Shown piece by piece: positions 1-23,346 of a stretch of DNA of 64,000 nt (position 1 is its first letter; each line of letters opens with the position of its first letter). A program made the position numbers and the translations under genes. The stretch is from the human T2T-CHM13v2.0 reference genome, Homo sapiens: NCBI RefSeq assembly GCF_009914755.1, contig NC_060925.1; one strand, 5' to 3'. A model generated the notes under the pieces. It was given only the letters and a program-made list of their open reading frames with translations. It searched no databases and was not told the origin of the DNA.

Positions 1-135
1 TCTGCTTGAATTTCTTGACTACTCACCTTGAGAAGTTCTGTTCAGCCAGACAAGATGGAACATTGTGTCTGCAGGAACCTGGAGTATTCCCACAGGAGGT
101 GGCTGATCGACTGCTTCGGACCATGGCTTTTCATG
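1..135 (+). CDS. ZYG11B: ZYG11B coding exon 2 (5'-truncated by window edge); VHL-box region
   Basis: Frame from nt 3 reads CLNFLTTHLEKFCSARQDGTLCLQEPGVFPQEVADRLLRTMAFH-G. This matches the ZYG11B N-terminus (end of the BC box and a Cul2-box-like FPQEVADRLL). Donor G|GTAAAA at 136, phase 1. Confidence 0.95.
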
Positions 136-351
136 GTAAAAAAATAAACAGAGGAAACAAAAATTATGTGCTGTTAATTAGATTTGATTTTGAAGTGCTA
201 CAGTAGCCATTTAATTATTTTCTTAGAAATAACTGAGAAGGCCAAATGAGCCTGATTCCAGGACTATGAATTCATTTATTTTTACCTATCTTGCCTCTTA
301 CTGTGTAATTTATAATAAACATTTTTCTTTTTTTTTTTTTTTTTTCCTTGA

Positions 352-534
<183 letters not shown>

Positions 535-639
535 TGACTTTGAGAAGTCTTTTTTTTTTTTTAAATTTTTTAAGAAACAGGGCCTTGTTCTGTTGCCCAG
601 GCTGGAGTACAGTAGCACAAAACTCCTGGGCTCATGTGA

Positions 640-1308
<669 letters not shown>

Positions 1309-2414
1309 TTAGTACTTTGGTTTTCAAAAACCAGTGCTGAAAATCAACTGGGAAGCTCTTATCTGTGTAGTTTTGCTTATGTATGGAGTATTTTTGTTAC
1401 TTCAAGTTTTAATTTGAAAGAGATATATCTTGGCCGGGCGCAGTGGCTCACACCTGTAATCCTAGCACTTTGGGAGGTCAAGGTGGGCGGATCACGAGGT
1501 CAGGAGTTCGAGACCAGCCTGACCCACGTGGTGAAACCCCGTCTTTACTAAAAATACAAAAATTAGCCGGGCGTGGTGGCGCACACCTGTAGTCCCAGCT
1601 GCTCAGAGGGTGAGGCAGGAGAATCGCTTGAATCCAGGAGGCGGAGGTTGCAGTGAGTCGAGATTGTGCCACTGCACACCTGGCTGGGCGACAGAGCAAG
1701 ACTCTGTCTCAAAAAAAAAAAAAAAAAAAAGATACACCTTTATATCTTTACAGTTGATAAACTCATAAGTATGGAATATGATTTGTCCACAGCTATAGAA
1801 TAGAATGTAAATTTGCCAATAATAATAGCTGTCATTTATTGAATGCCTATGTGCCAGGGATTTTACATGTATTTTCGTGGAATTTTCGCAAAAACTCTAT
1901 AAGGTAGCTCTATTATCATTCCCGTTAACATATAGATAAACTGAGGTTCAGAGAAGTAACGTCCTGAGGGTCATACTGCAAGTAAATAGTGGAGTCCTAA
2001 TTCATGTGCAAGTCTGTCCAATTTTAAATATATGCTCGTTCCACTGTGCCACACAGCCTTCCTACACCTATATTAAAGGTATCCCTGCTCCTGGATGCCA
2101 CATACTGGTTTATACTTTTGCTGTGGCTTTATATATATAAAACTATTAAGTATAAGTGCCAATAATGTGTTCCAAGAAAGAGTAGGATGAAATGAGGCTG
2201 TAACTGAGGCATTTTGGAATAATTTAGGAAAGAAGAAGACCTCTACATTGCTTGTTTTTCACAAAGTTTCTCATGCCAGCAGTCTCTTTGAATTTTTCCA
2301 ACCTGTCATAGGAACTAGGGTAAATTTCTGTATTATATATGTTAAAGTTAAAAGTCCCTTACACAGCTGCACAACGATTTAAGAGATTATGCCAGTGCTA
2401 GCATTTCTTTCTAA

Positions 2415-2567
<153 letters not shown>

Positions 2568-3252
2568 TGAGTAGCTGGGACTACAGGTGCCCACCAACAC
2601 GCCCAGCTAATTTTTGTATTTTTAGTAGAGACGGGGTTTCACCATGTTGGCCAGGTTGATCTTGAACTCCTGACCTCAAGTGATCCACCTGCCTCGGCCT
2701 CCCAAAGTGCTGGGATTACAGGCATGAGCCACTGCACCCAGCCAGTGCTCAGTATATTAGATTAAAAAAAGAAAACTCATCTTGTAAATCAAAAGAACAA
2801 ATGCTAAGGCCTTAACTTTGCCAGATTGGGTTATCCTTTGGAAATGTAACTACTGCTAGCTAATAGTAGTAGTTAACATTTATTAAATGCTTATTATTAT
2901 GTCAGGCACTATAGCGAATGCTTTATATGGATAAGATAATAGGAGTGGGTTTTAAGCAAGTCTAACTAAATATTTGTCCTCAGAGTAATGTCTTTGAGAA
3001 GCTACATGCTTGAAATGTATTTTCTACCTCTTCTTTTCAGACTGCCTTCAGATGAGGAAACTGAGGGTCAGAAAAATAACTTGTTGTCCCTAATTGTGTT
3101 ACCCTAGTGTGATTACCTGTCTTCTTCATCAAGAAGGGTTCTGAATTATTTAATCTCTTTATACAAATCATTTCCATCTTTAAACAGTCAAGATTTGATA
3201 CTACTGAGAATATGCAAAGAAACATGTTGCCAGTTCTTGTCTCAATTTGTAA

Positions 3253-3625
<373 letters not shown>

Positions 3626-4239
3626 TGAGCCAGTGCTCCCGCCTTGTGAATACTTTTAAAATTGGTAATATCAGCCAAGGGCAGTGATTCACGCCTGTAA
3701 TCCAAGTACTTTGGGAGGCCAAGGCAGGCGATCCGCCTGAGGTCAGGAGTTTGAGATCAGCCTGGCCAACATGGCAAAACCCTGTCTTTACTAAAAGTAA
3801 CAAAAATTAGCCCGGCGTGGTGGCGGGCGCCTGTAATCCCAGCTACTGAGGAGGCTGAGGCAGAGAGAATTGCTTGAACACGGAGGTGGAGGTTGCAGTG
3901 AGCCAAGATTGCACCATTGTACTCCAGCCTGGGCGACAAGAATGAGACTCTTAACGACAACAACAACAACAACAACAAAAACAAAAAACTGGTAATATCA
4001 TACTGTTTCTAATAGCATATTGATTTTAGAAAATGTTTAACATATACATTTAAAATTTTTTTACTTATTTACTCAATTCAAAGGATCAATGATATTGGTA
4101 GCAGTCTTTTTTGTGTGTTAAAAAATTTTCTTTTTCTTCTTTTATTTTTTGTAGAGACAGGGTCTTGCCATGTTCCCCAGGCTGGTCTCGAACTCCTGGC
4201 CTCAAGTTAGCCTCCTGCCTCAGGCTTCCAAAGTATTGA

Positions 4240-4422
<183 letters not shown>

Positions 4423-4584
4423 TGACACTATGCACAGCTAATTTTTGTATTTTTAGTAGAGACAGGGTTTCACCATGTTGGCCAGGCTGGTCTCGAACTC
4501 CTGACATCAAATGATGCACCTGCCTTGGTCTCCCAAAGTGCTGGGATTACAGGTGTGAACCACTGTGCCTGGTGCTGGCGTATT

Positions 4585-6900
<2,316 letters not shown>

Positions 6901-7612
6901 TGTATAAAAGCAGTTTCTTTTAGAATTATTTTTTATTTTAAGAGGCAGGGTCTCGCTTTGTTACCCAGACTGGAGTGCTGTGGTGTGATCTTGGCTACTT
7001 TGAAATTTTTTTGTAGAGACAGGGTCTCACTGTGTTGTCCAGGATGGTGTCAAACTGCTGGGCTCAAGCAATCCTCCTGCCTCAGCCACCCAAAGTACTA
7101 GTATTATAGTTATGAACCACCGCACTCAGCCAGTAGCAGTCTTAATTAAAATAAATCTGATGTTAGAGTTCTACTTATCGGGGTCTGTGATTCTCTTGTC
7201 ATAATCTTTTCTCATTGTATCTGTGTCTGCATGCTAAAAATTTTCCAGGAAATATGGGCATAAGAGCTAGAAATCAGAGTGAGAATTTTAGCATCTAATG
7301 ATAATGTTTCTGTGTCATACTGTCAATCTAATCTAAATTTATAAATCTTGACATGTTCAGCCTTCTGGTTCAGGATAAAACTGAAAATTTGAAACATTAC
7401 GAATTGCTTCCTTGACTAGCCAAATAGACTTTCTAGGTGCTTGAAAGCTTACACTCCCAGACTAGCACCCCACTTATTTGTAGATCACATTGCTGGTCAC
7501 TTCAGCTGTCTGTCCTAAATCAGAAAGAAAGAAAAAATGCTTTGGGGCACAATCCTTGTATTTATGCATCTGTATTTTACTCCTTGAAAGAAGCCCTTGA
7601 GTTATCATTTAG

Positions 7613-7763
<151 letters not shown>

Positions 7764-8558
7764 TAGCTGGGATCACAGGCATGCACCACCATGCCTGGCT
7801 AATTTTTTTTTTTTTTTTGTATTTTTAGTAGAGATAGGGTTTCGCCATGTTGACCAGGCTGGTCTCAAACTCCTGACCTCAGGTGATCCACCTGCCTTGG
7901 CCTCCCAAAGTGCTGGGATTATAGGTGTAATTTACCACACCCAGCCAAGATTTTTTTAAAATAAGAAAAGAGCATGAGTTCTATAAATCGGTCCTAGGTC
8001 TGAGTCCTGGTTCCAACATTAATTTGCTCTTTGACCCTGGATAAGTTACTCTGCAAGTCTAAGATTCCTCATCTGTAAAGTGTTGATAATTATAACTCCC
8101 TCACAGGGATTACTGTGAATATTTAAATAAGACAATGAATGCAACATGAATCTTGCTTTCATGGAGCGTATAGTCCAGTGGGAGACACAATTAGGAAGTA
8201 AACATATAGAATTACAGCTTGTGCCAGGTTCTCTGAGGGAAAAAGAACACTGTTCTCTTAAGAAGAATAATAAAGGAAGGGAGATGTTTTAACTTGGATG
8301 ATCAGAGAAAGCTTCTAAAGTGGTGATACTAGACTGAGACCTGAATGACAAGGAGGGAAGTCAGTAACATAAAGGCGGGCTCCTCGGCACTGCCCAGGAG
8401 TTCTGGAGTATTTCCCCAGTAAACTAGTGTTCCTAACAGTAGTTTCAGATGTTCTTTGCTCTTCTCAGACTTTCTACCATTTATCTTAGGAAGAAAATTG
8501 AAGCCATCAGATAAAATTCCCTTAACTCCATGTAAACCACTGCTTCCAATTTTTCTGA

Positions 8559-8714
<156 letters not shown>

Positions 8715-9585
8715 TAAAAAAAATTATTTTTTGAGACAAGGTCTGATTCTGTTTCCCAGGCTGGAGTGTAGTGGCATGATCATAGCTCACTGCAGCCTTG
8801 AACTCCTGGACTCAAGCAGTCCTCCTGCCTCAGCCTCCTAAGTAGCTGAGATCACAGGTGCATGCCACCAACATCTGACTAATTTTTAAAAATTTGTAAT
8901 GGAGATGATGTCTTTCTATGTTGTGCAGGCTGGTCTTGAACCCCTGGGCTCAAAGCAGTCCTCCCACCTCAGCCTCCCAATTACAGGAATGAGCCACCAC
9001 ACTCAGTTTTTTGTTTTTTGTTTTTTGTTTTTTCCCAGTCAGGGTCTTACTCTGTCACCCAAGCTAGAGTGCAATCATAGCTTACTATAATCTCAAACTC
9101 CTGGGCTCAAGCGACCCTTCGACCTCAGCCTCCCGACTAGCTAGCTAGGACTACAGGTATGTACCACCATGCCCGACTAATTAAAATTTTTTGTTGTTGG
9201 GATGGAGTCTTGCAATGTTGCCCAGGCTGGTCTCAAACTCCTGGCCTCGGGTAATCCTCTTGTCTCATCCTCCCAAAGTACTGGGATTATAAGCATGAGC
9301 CACTGTGCCTGCTCATTATTTCTTTAAGTACTTTTTCAGCCACACTGTCTTTCTCCTGTCCTTGAGATATTCCAGTGACACAAATATAGCTTTAGGTTTT
9401 TGGTTTTGGTTTTTTTCCCATTCTGTTCTTGTTATTTAAATTAGGTAATTTATGTTGTTTTATCTTCTAGTTCACCAGTCTTTTTTCTCTGTTCTCTATT
9501 TTACTGTTGACCTCAAGCATTATTATATTTTTCACTTCTAAAATTTTTATTTGATTCTTCTTTATATCTTCTCTTGCCTTGCTGA

Positions 9586-9867
<282 letters not shown>

Positions 9868-10238
9868 TGATCTGCCTGCCTTGGCCTCCCAAAGTGCCAC
9901 CGCGCCTGGTCTGTTACTCATTTTTTTTCAAGCATATTTGTTTACTTTTGAAAATTTAATTGCATTTTTTTATGGCTCCTTTAAAATCGTTGTCAAATAA
10001 TTTTAACATTTCTGTTACCTTACTGTTGGCATATATTGATTATCTCTTTTTGAGTTTGAAGTCTTACTGGTTCTTAGTATGATTCAGAGTAATTTTTTAT
10101 TGAAACCAGGACATTTTAGGTGATATGAGACTTTTCTGTTTTAGTTTGAGTCACTGACGTCACTCCAGCAGTGGAAGGTAGGAGCACTGCCTTGTTACTG
10201 CCAGATTGGGGTTAATGTTCTTTGTAAAAATTTTTATA

Positions 10239-10846
<608 letters not shown>

Positions 10847-10850
10847 TTGA

Positions 10851-11066
<216 letters not shown>

Positions 11067-12789
11067 TGATCCATCCGCCTCGGCCTCCCAAAGTGCTGGG
11101 ATTACAGGTGTGAGCCACTATGCCCAGCCAGATTAGGGTTAATGTTCTTTCTGGTTCCCCACTTGGCTTCTCTTGACACCCAAGGTGCAGGGCTATGCAG
11201 AGGTTGGAATTCTGACTCCCCACTAGGATTCTATTGATACTTCCCTAAATGAGAGGGGTATGGGTATGTCATTTCTGCTTCCCAGTTGGCTTCTACTGAC
11301 ACCATGTTGGGAGGAGGTGGCCTCATTACTGTTGGGCAGTTGTGAAAGTCCTGACTTTCCACTAGACTTCCTATGACAGCACCCCAGCAGGGAAGCAGGT
11401 AGAGAACTTCATCGCTGCTTGATGAGTGTTGAAGTTCAGGCTCCCCAGAAGGTATCTACTAACATCGTGGTGGGGGATAGTTCTTACTACCCAGCAGGAA
11501 TGAAAGTCCTTGCTCTCTACTCAGACTTCTCTAACACCTCCCCTGTGGGCAGATTGGGGCAAGTAATTACAGCCTGGCAGGGGTAGAAATCTAGGCCCCT
11601 ATTGGCATTTGCTGGCATGGGTGGAGCTGCAGTTTTTTCTGTCGTGTTTGGCTGAAGTAGAGCAGTTACTGTCTACTAGCTGTTTCCTGTCTTACTAGTT
11701 GCTGCTTTCCTGGTACGTTGGCTAGAGAGAGCAGATTTTGGGGGAGGTTTTTGTCTGTGCCCATTGGTGTTTCCAGGCTGCTGGCTCCTTCAACTTTAGA
11801 TCTGGGATATATGACCAGAAAAAAACCAGGAACTTTTCTGCGTTGTTCCATGGGTCCCAAGGTCCCCCCTAGCTGATCTGCTTTCATCTCTTCACCTTTC
11901 AGAGTGATCTAGCTCCAGCTCACCTTCAGCCTCATTTCTTCTGTCCCATTTGCATGCTTATATCCCCAGAAATGCACTGCATCTATGGCTCTAGCTATTT
12001 CTTATGTTCAAGCAATATAGAAAGAACTACTTGCCATTTCCTAACCCCGTGATATGCTTTCACATCTTTAAGACTTTGCTTATGTTGTATATTCTTGCTT
12101 TAATATACCTAACCTTCTTCCTCTTTTTTTTTTTTTTTTGAAATGGAGTCTTGCTCTGACGCCCAGGCTGGAGTGCAGTGGCGCCATCTCGGCTCACTGC
12201 AGCCTCCGCCTCCCAAGTTCGAGTGATTCTCTGCCTCAACCTCCCAAGTAGCTGGTATTACAGGCGCGCACCACCACACCCATTTAATTTTTGCATTTTT
12301 AGTAGAAACGCGGTTTTGCCACGTTGGCCAGGCTGGTCTCGAATTCCTGGCCTCAGGTGATCCATCCGCCTCGGCCTCCCAAAATGCTGGCATTATAGGC
12401 ATGAGCCACTGCACCTGGCCTACTAACCTCCTTTCTCTATCTTTGAATTCTTCCAGCATTTTCAAAGGCCTTACTCAAAGATCACCTCTCCCATCAAATC
12501 TTTTCCAGATCTTCATTCATGATGGTTTACTTCCTTTTCTTTGTTTTTGTGATACTTTATACTTGACATTGATATACCATATATCTCATTTTGTTATGGC
12601 TGTTTGTGTCTTTTTTACTCCATGGGATTATGAATCCTTTGACTATAGGGGCATATCTTATTTTTCTTTGTATCTACAACATTTAGAGTACTTGACATAT
12701 AGTAATTGTTTAATAAACTGTTTGCTGAATGGACCCCATCATGAAATTTACTCTCCTGAAATAGAGTGCAGGTAATTTGAAAGGCTGTC

Positions 12790-13097
12790 TCTAGAACTAC
12801 ATTGTTTAATCGAAATGTAATTTTAAATTTACCGGTGGCCACATAAAAAAATAAAAAGAAAAACAAGTGCAACGAGTTTTAATAATTTTTATTTAACCCA
12901 ATATATTAAAAAATGATCATTTCAACCTGTAGTATATATAAAAAATTGAGATACTTTACATTATTTTGTTGTATTAAGTCTTCACAATCTGGTGTATATT
13001 TTGTACTTTATAGCTGACCTCACTTTGTACCACCTGCTTTCCAAGTGCTCTCCAGCTGTGTGGAGCTAGTGACTATGTATTGGGCAGCACAGCTCTA
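12790..13097. mobile_element. hAT-Charlie DNA transposon (MER33/MER3-like)
   Basis: TAATTTTAAATTT..GGTGGCCACAT..AAAAAG start and ...GTATTGGGCAGCACAG end. Confidence 0.6.
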
Positions 13098-13603
13098 AAA
13101 TGTAATGGAGTTCTTAATATGTAATTAGTCATTTTTGTCCACTTTGGCAGGTTTTGCACAGGCCTTTCTTGATTTTAACTGTGTAACTGTAATTAAGTCT
13201 GCAAAACTCATTAGAGAATAGTGCTCCCTTTTAAAAACACCTCATTTCTAATTTAAGGGTGACTGGCTGGCAGCCTAGCTGCATTTTGAGTATGGGCCAG
13301 CTAAGATGCCGCCTTAGAGTTCCTCTCATGACTTCAGGCTATTTATTTACCTGTCCTCAACTGCTCATTCACCCCATACTATTCTTAGACTACCTGTTTT
13401 TGGCATGATTGTTACTTCTTTCACAGTCAATGTTGTTTAGTTGATATGTGATATGTTGATGTGCCTCCAGAGTATCATATGCTTGTGACACTGTTGATTG
13501 GTAGACAGGTAGATCTCGAAGGCACTTCAAGAGGTTACTGTGTCGACTTCATTTACATTCATCTGCAGGAGGGGGAGTGTGGGGGGAAGCTGTAACTACT
13601 ATA

Positions 13604-13636
<33 letters not shown>

Positions 13637-13974
13637 CAGAGACAGGTTCTCACTCTGTCACCCAGGCTGGTGTGCAATGGTGCAATCATAATTCACTATA
13701 ACCACAAACTCCTGGGCTCAAATGATCCTTCCATCTCAGCCTCCCTAGTAGCTAGGACTATAGGCATGACCACTGTGCCCAACTCGTTTTCAGTTATTTT
13801 GCAGAGATGGGGTCTTGCTATGTTTCCCAGGCCTAGATCGCTTTAATAAGGTTTGAGATCTGGCTAGTGGTTTATTAATGAATTACAAGGCATTAAGTGC
13901 ATGCTAAATATATTATGTGTATATGTGTTTGTATAATAATATGTTAAGGTGAATTTAAAGGATAGGCTAGAAAT

Positions 13975-14322
13975 GTATTGGTAACAAATCAAATACCTTA
14001 ACACAAGGTTTATACCTCACTTGTGGTACATAAACTCTGCAAGTCCATAGAGGATTCTGCTTCATGGTCACCCTAGGGTCCAAACTGATGGAGGGTTTCT
14101 CCTCATATAACTATACTCTCTAGAACGTGAAGTCTCCTCGTTTGTCATAGCAGGAAAAGACAGCATGGAAAATCATGCACTGGCTCTCAGGTGCTTCAAC
14201 ATATAGTGCATTGGCCAGAACTAGGCACATGGCTCCAGCTAACTCCAGGGATGGGCTGGGAAATGTAGTTGTCTGGTAAGGTAAGAACTAGATGTTAGTG
14301 GATATCAATAATGTCTGCCACA
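13975..14322 (-). mobile_element. MLT1-type MaLR LTR remnant
   Basis: CATTGGCCAGAACTAGGCACATGGC..GGGCTGGGAAATGTAG..TGTCTGCCACA, typical of old MLT1 LTRs. Confidence 0.55.
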
Positions 14323-14526
14323 GTCCTGATTCTGCCACTTGCTAGCCCTGTGATCTTGGAAAGCCACTCTCTGAGCCCCAGTTTACTCATCTACAAGTTG
14401 TAAACAATAATAATCTCACCTAAATGAATTGTGATTATCAGACGAGATACTGTTACATGGGAGCGCTTTGGAAATGTAAAGTGTGATGGAAATTTTGGCT
14501 ATTCTTTAACTGTTTTTTGAATTTAA

Positions 14527-15312
<786 letters not shown>

Positions 15313-15653
15313 TAAAAATGTATTATTTTGTCAGGCTGACCAATATCTTAGTTGCATAAGACTCTATTAAAGATGAATGTCTGTAATATATGGAACATGT
15401 TCATGAAACAGGGCTGCATATAGTTGAAAGGCTTAGAGTCCTAATTAAAATCTCAGCTTCATGACCCAGAACAAGCTATGATGTCACTTCGAGTTTTTAT
15501 TTATTTGTAGAATAGATATTATTCTTACCTTGCAGAATTCTGAAGATTAATAATAATCTATGTAAAGGGCAAGTCACGTAGTAGGTCCTGGCTAAACAAT
15601 AGGTTGTCTTATGATGATAATGTTTAGCTATTTTGAACCATTTACATATATGG

Positions 15654-16203
<550 letters not shown>

Positions 16204-16204
16204 C

Positions 16205-16504
16205 TTGTTTTTTTTTTTTCTTTTGAGACGGAGTCTTGCTCTGTCGCCCAGGCTGGAGTGCAGTGGCGCTATCTTGGCTCACTGCAAGCTCTGCCTCCCG
16301 GGTTCACGCCATTCTTCTGCCTCAGTCCCCTGAGTAACTGGGACTACAGGCGCCCGCCACCACGCCTGGCTAATTTTTTGTATTTTTAGTAGAGACAGAG
16401 TTTCACTGTGTTAGCCAGGATGGTCTCAATCTCCTGACCTCGTAATCTGCCCGCCTCGGCCTCCCAAAGTGCTGGGATTATAGGCATGAGCCACCGCGCC
16501 CAGC
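16205..16504 (-). mobile_element. AluY abutting the 5' end of the RPS13 retrocopy
   Basis: AluY diagnostics GCAAGCTC, TTCACGCCATTC, TTAGCCAGGATGG. Confidence 0.9.
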
Positions 16505-16707
16505 TACATATACTGTTTTTAATGGATAACTTCAGAGAAACTAAGGACACCCCTTGTTGAATTGAATACCTAGTGGAAGATCAAGTTTTCTAAGGAGATC
16601 TCTACTGTAGAAATGGTAGAATTTTGCTTTTCCTAAGATTTCTCATGCCTAATGGTTTAAATTTAGTTTAACAAACATCAGTTGGATTTGGTAGAGCTTG
16701 GGATTCA

Positions 16708-16893
<186 letters not shown>

Positions 16894-17125
16894 TCAGGAG
16901 GCTGAGGCAGGAGAATCACTTGAATCCAGGAGGCGGAAGTTGCAGAGAGCCAAGATTGTGCCACTGCACTCAAGCCTGGGTGACAGCGTGAGACTCCGTC
17001 TCAGAAAAAAAAAAAAAAGAAAATGATATAGGATCTGCCTCCAAGGAGCTTAACCTAATGGGAGTGGTGATTATATGATTAGAAATACATTTTTATATTT
17101 ATACCTTTTATAGATGTATGCTTTA

Positions 17126-17510
<385 letters not shown>

Positions 17511-18791
17511 TAAGGGTGAGTAGCTCAGTAGAGAGCATTCCAGGCAGACAGAATAATACGTGCAAAGACTGCGTTAGGAAGAGAGGTGAGACCCAGGCAT
17601 CAGTATTTTTTAAAGCTTAGATGATTGCAGTGTCCAGCCAAACTCATGAATCACTGTTTTACAATAACTTTTTTTTTTTTTTTCCTCAGAGGCAGGGTCT
17701 TGCCCTGTTACCCAGGCTGGAGTACAGTGGGCATGAACAGGCTCACTGCAGCCTCTACCTCCTGGGCTCGAGTGGATCCTCCTGGCTTAGCCTCCTGAGT
17801 AGCTGGGACCACAAGCATGTGCCACCATAACTGGCTAATTTTTTTTTTTTTTTTTTGAGATGGAGTCTAGCTCCGTCACCCAGGCTGGAGTGCAATGGCG
17901 TGATCTCGGCTCACAGCAACCTCCACCTCCCAGGTTTTGACGAATTTCCTGCCTCAGCCTCCTGAGTAGCTGGGATTACAGGTGCCTGCTATCATGTCCA
18001 GCTAATTTTTGTATTTTTGGTAGAGATGGGGTTTTACCATGTTAGCCAGGCTAGTCTTGAACTCCTGACCCAGGTGATCTGCCTGCCTCGGCCTCCTAAA
18101 GTGCTAGGATTACAGGCGTGAGCCACTGTGCCTGGCCTAATTTTTTTTTTTTTTTTTTTTTTTTTTAGTGTTTTTGTAAAGATGGGTTCTTGCTCAGCGA
18201 TCCTCCCACCTTGGCCTCCTAGTTTTGGGATTATAGGTGTAAGCCCCTGAGCCTAGCCTGGCTTTCTTACCATAGAATTTCCAGCTCTGTCATCAGTATT
18301 TCCCCACTCGATTTTCTCTTCTCACTATTTCCCTACTCAGTTTTCTCTTCTGTTACCATCAGTTTCCTGAACCTTCCATTTCTCCAGAACTAGAATTCTT
18401 ACATTTGTTGGCCACCTTATCCCATACTTGGATTATCTACCATGCTGTAGCTCCCAACTCATGAGAACATTGAAAATCTGCTAAACCCAGTGTTAGTTCT
18501 TAGTCTTCATTTTATTTGACCCAAAGTAAAATGGTATTTGTCATAATTGATCTTTGCCTCTTCCTTGAGATACCTTTTTTTTTTTAACTTAGCTTCCAGG
18601 ATATCATACTTGTCTTGTTTTTTTTTTCCTACTTGTCTTGCTACTAAGCCTCAATTTCCTTTGTTGGTTCTTCCTCATCTTCCAGGCTTCTAACTGTTGG
18701 AGAGTTCTGCACCTCAGTCCTTAAATCTATATGCTGATGACTCCTAAATTTGTGTCTTAACTTAGAGCTCTCCCTTGAAGTCAGACTCCTA

Positions 18792-19112
<321 letters not shown>

Positions 19113-19442
19113 TCAGGAGGCTGAGGCAGGAGAATTGCTTGAACCTGGGAGGCGGAGGTTATAGTGAGCCAGCATTGTGGCACTGCACTCCAGCCTGGGC
19201 GATAGAGTGGGTCTGTGTCTCAAAAACAAAAAAACAACAACAAAAAGATATCTGTTAATATCCCTGCTCTTGAGGAATTCTAGTCTAGTGGAGAAGATAC
19301 AGACTAATTTAAAAATAGCTTTAGTCGGCCAGGCGTGGTGGCTCACGCCTGTAATCCCAGCACTTTGGGAGAAAAAAGAATATACTTATAATTTGAGCAG
19401 CCAGATGTGAGGGTTTGTCACTGGGTAGAGAAGTGTTGTTCA

Positions 19443-19640
<198 letters not shown>

Positions 19641-19748
19641 TTAGGAGGCTGAGGCAGGAGAATTGCTTGAACCCAGGAGGTGGAGGTTGTGGTGAACCAA
19701 GATGGCGCCATTGATTTCCTGCCTGAACAACAAGAGCAAAACTCTGTC

Positions 19749-19789
<41 letters not shown>

Positions 19790-19968
19790 ATAAAGTTGGC
19801 TTAGAGCACGCCTATAATCCCAGCACTTTGGGAGGCCAAGACATGCGGATCACTTGAGGCCAAGAGTTGGAGACCAGCCTAGCCAACATGATGAAACCTT
19901 GCCTCTACTAAAAATACAAAAAAATTTAGCCGGGCATGGTGACAGATGCCTGTTGTCCCAGTTACTTA

Positions 19969-20244
<276 letters not shown>

Positions 20245-20531
20245 TTATATTTCCCTCTTAGAGTTTTTTTCATTTCACATTTCAGCATTTTTTGTTTTTT
20301 TCTGAATTTATAAGAAAAAGTTCTGGGTGATTCAATGAACTGAACACTTTGAAAAATTTTATTAAATACCCATTTGTATATGTGAATATGTAGTCCAAAC
20401 CAGTTTGTGTATGTATGTTATACATAAATAGAAAGTTTAAAAAGGGTTTAAAGAAGTAAAGTAATGGAGGCTGGAAGTGGTGGCTCATGCCTGTAATCCC
20501 AGCACTTTAGGAGGCCGAGGTTGGCTGATCA

Positions 20532-20804
<273 letters not shown>

Positions 20805-21148
20805 TTATTATTATTTCAACAATCTTAGAAATTCTTCATATGTACCCTTGTGTCATGTGACATATATCAATACTGTAGTCTAATTCATTTCAGACTCTTG
20901 TAGCATATCCTATTAATGGTTGAAATGTCAACCATGATACATCCCTTCATTTCCTCAAAGCTGCATATTCCAATCTGAACGTTTATAGGCTTTTTTGTTT
21001 TTTTTGATAGAGTCTCACTCTGTTGCGCATCATGGAGTGCTGTGGCACAGTCATGGCTTACTGCAGCCTCAAATTCGTGGGCTCAAGCAGTCCTCTTCAG
21101 TCTCCCAAGTAGCTGGGACTACAGGCATGCACCATCACACGTAACTAA

Positions 21149-21307
<159 letters not shown>

Positions 21308-23050
21308 TAGTTACTGAGTAATATATTTTTAAAATATTTGATTACTTTTGTGTCACACTGTATAATGTTACTGCCAAAAAAGACTAAATCTTCCCCTTAT
21401 TATGAGATAGTCGCTCTGAATGACGTTTTTTGGCATTTTTTAAAACTTTATTGTAAAATAAAACAGAGACAAAGGCAGTAAATAATTATATAGCTTAATG
21501 AGTTGAAAATAAAGTGAACACACTTGAGACCATCACTCAGGTTAAGTAACAGAACTTTGTCATCTACCCCAAAGCTCGCTTCAGCCTCCCAAAGTGGTGG
21601 GATTACAGGCGCGAGCCACTACACCCAACCATGTCCTTTCATTTCTTTATAATTTTATGACCCAACTATTTAGGCACCTGTATAATCTTGTCTGTTTAAA
21701 ACAATTTGATGTCTTTTGAGTATCTTTTAGTTTATAGGTTTCTCCTCATCCCTTTCTTTTCCTTATAATTTGTTTATTGAATAATCTATCGTTTGGATTT
21801 GTAGAGTTTCCCTCAGTCTGGATTTTATTGTATTTGTTGATGTTTTGTAGAGACAGGGTCTTGCTGTGTTGCCCAGGCTGGTCTGGAACTCCTGGGGTTA
21901 AAGTGATGCTCCTGCCTCAGCCTCCGAAAGTGCTGGGATTACAGATATAAGCCACTCTGCCAGCCTGGATTTTGCTGATTGTATACTAATGGTGCATCTT
22001 TCTCTTTGTATTTTCTGCAAATTGGTAGCTGGATTTGGAGGCTTAATTAGACTTACGTTAGATCCCTTTGGCCAGACCCTTAGGTGTTGTATTCTTACGT
22101 TATGAGGTACATAAATATCTAGTTGTTTCTCTTTCTGTGATGTTAGCAGTTATTGACACTTAGTAGCTAGATCTATCAATTCATTGGGGATTATGGTGAT
22201 ATTTTAATCATTTATTTTTCACTTACTAGTTGGATTACTTTTATAAAGAGCCACTTTCTGCTACCTACGTTTGGTTGCCGAATGGCACCTGAACTACATT
22301 TTAAGATAAGCGTATTATCTTAAAATAATATACTTTTATGTTGGGAATCCCTAGAAAGACTTAATTTTAAACAGAACCTCTTGGTGCTGAAAAGGAGCGT
22401 GATAAATCTGGGGAAATTAATTGATACATTTATTTGATGAATACTTATGGAGAAAGTATTCTGAGCCAAGCATAACGCTAGCTATTGTGGTACAATGGTG
22501 AATGGATCAATGTAGTGGGGGATTATGATAATAGCTCTGAAAGAGATGTTTCAGGGGACCTAACTTAAATCAGTGGCTCAACAAAGACTTCTCTAAGAAA
22601 GTGTCCTTAACTTGAATAAGGAAGAATGAGTAGAAATTAGTCAGGTAAAGAGAGAAAGGAAGTTTTCAGTCAGAGAGGACATTGTATGAGTGGTCCTTTG
22701 CTGAGAAAAAGCTTGACTTACGGAAAGGTGAGGAAAAAAGGTCATACAGTTATAACATTGTGAGCTAGAGGGAGGGGATTAAGAGGCAGATAGGATCCTA
22801 ATCAAGCGGTAGGGCCTTATAATAGTGTTAAATATCTTGAGATCTATTTTAGGTATAATACAGAAAATTTCGCCCATGGTCTTATGCTAGGTTCTGAGCC
22901 TATCTAATATACATCTCTTCAAGACAGATATAGCTGTTTAAGATGACTAATCTGGATAGATTGGAAAGTATAGTCATTTTTATTTGATCCCAGCTTTACA
23001 TAACTATCCAAGATACCATGTATACAAATGATATTTATTTATTTATTTAG

Positions 23051-23346
<296 letters not shown>

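Noticed and set aside
11140-11600. Degenerate 70-85 nt periodic motif (GAAAGTCC..GCTCCCC) loosely resembling a repeat-spacer array
   Set aside because: Poorly conserved and best explained as internal repeats of an old L1 5' region. It is not CRISPR-like and the context is eukaryotic.
13190-13590. Non-repetitive intronic segment with a weak imperfect hairpin, a possible enhancer or ncRNA
   Set aside because: No recognisable family and the stem is too imperfect; conservation or chromatin data would be needed.
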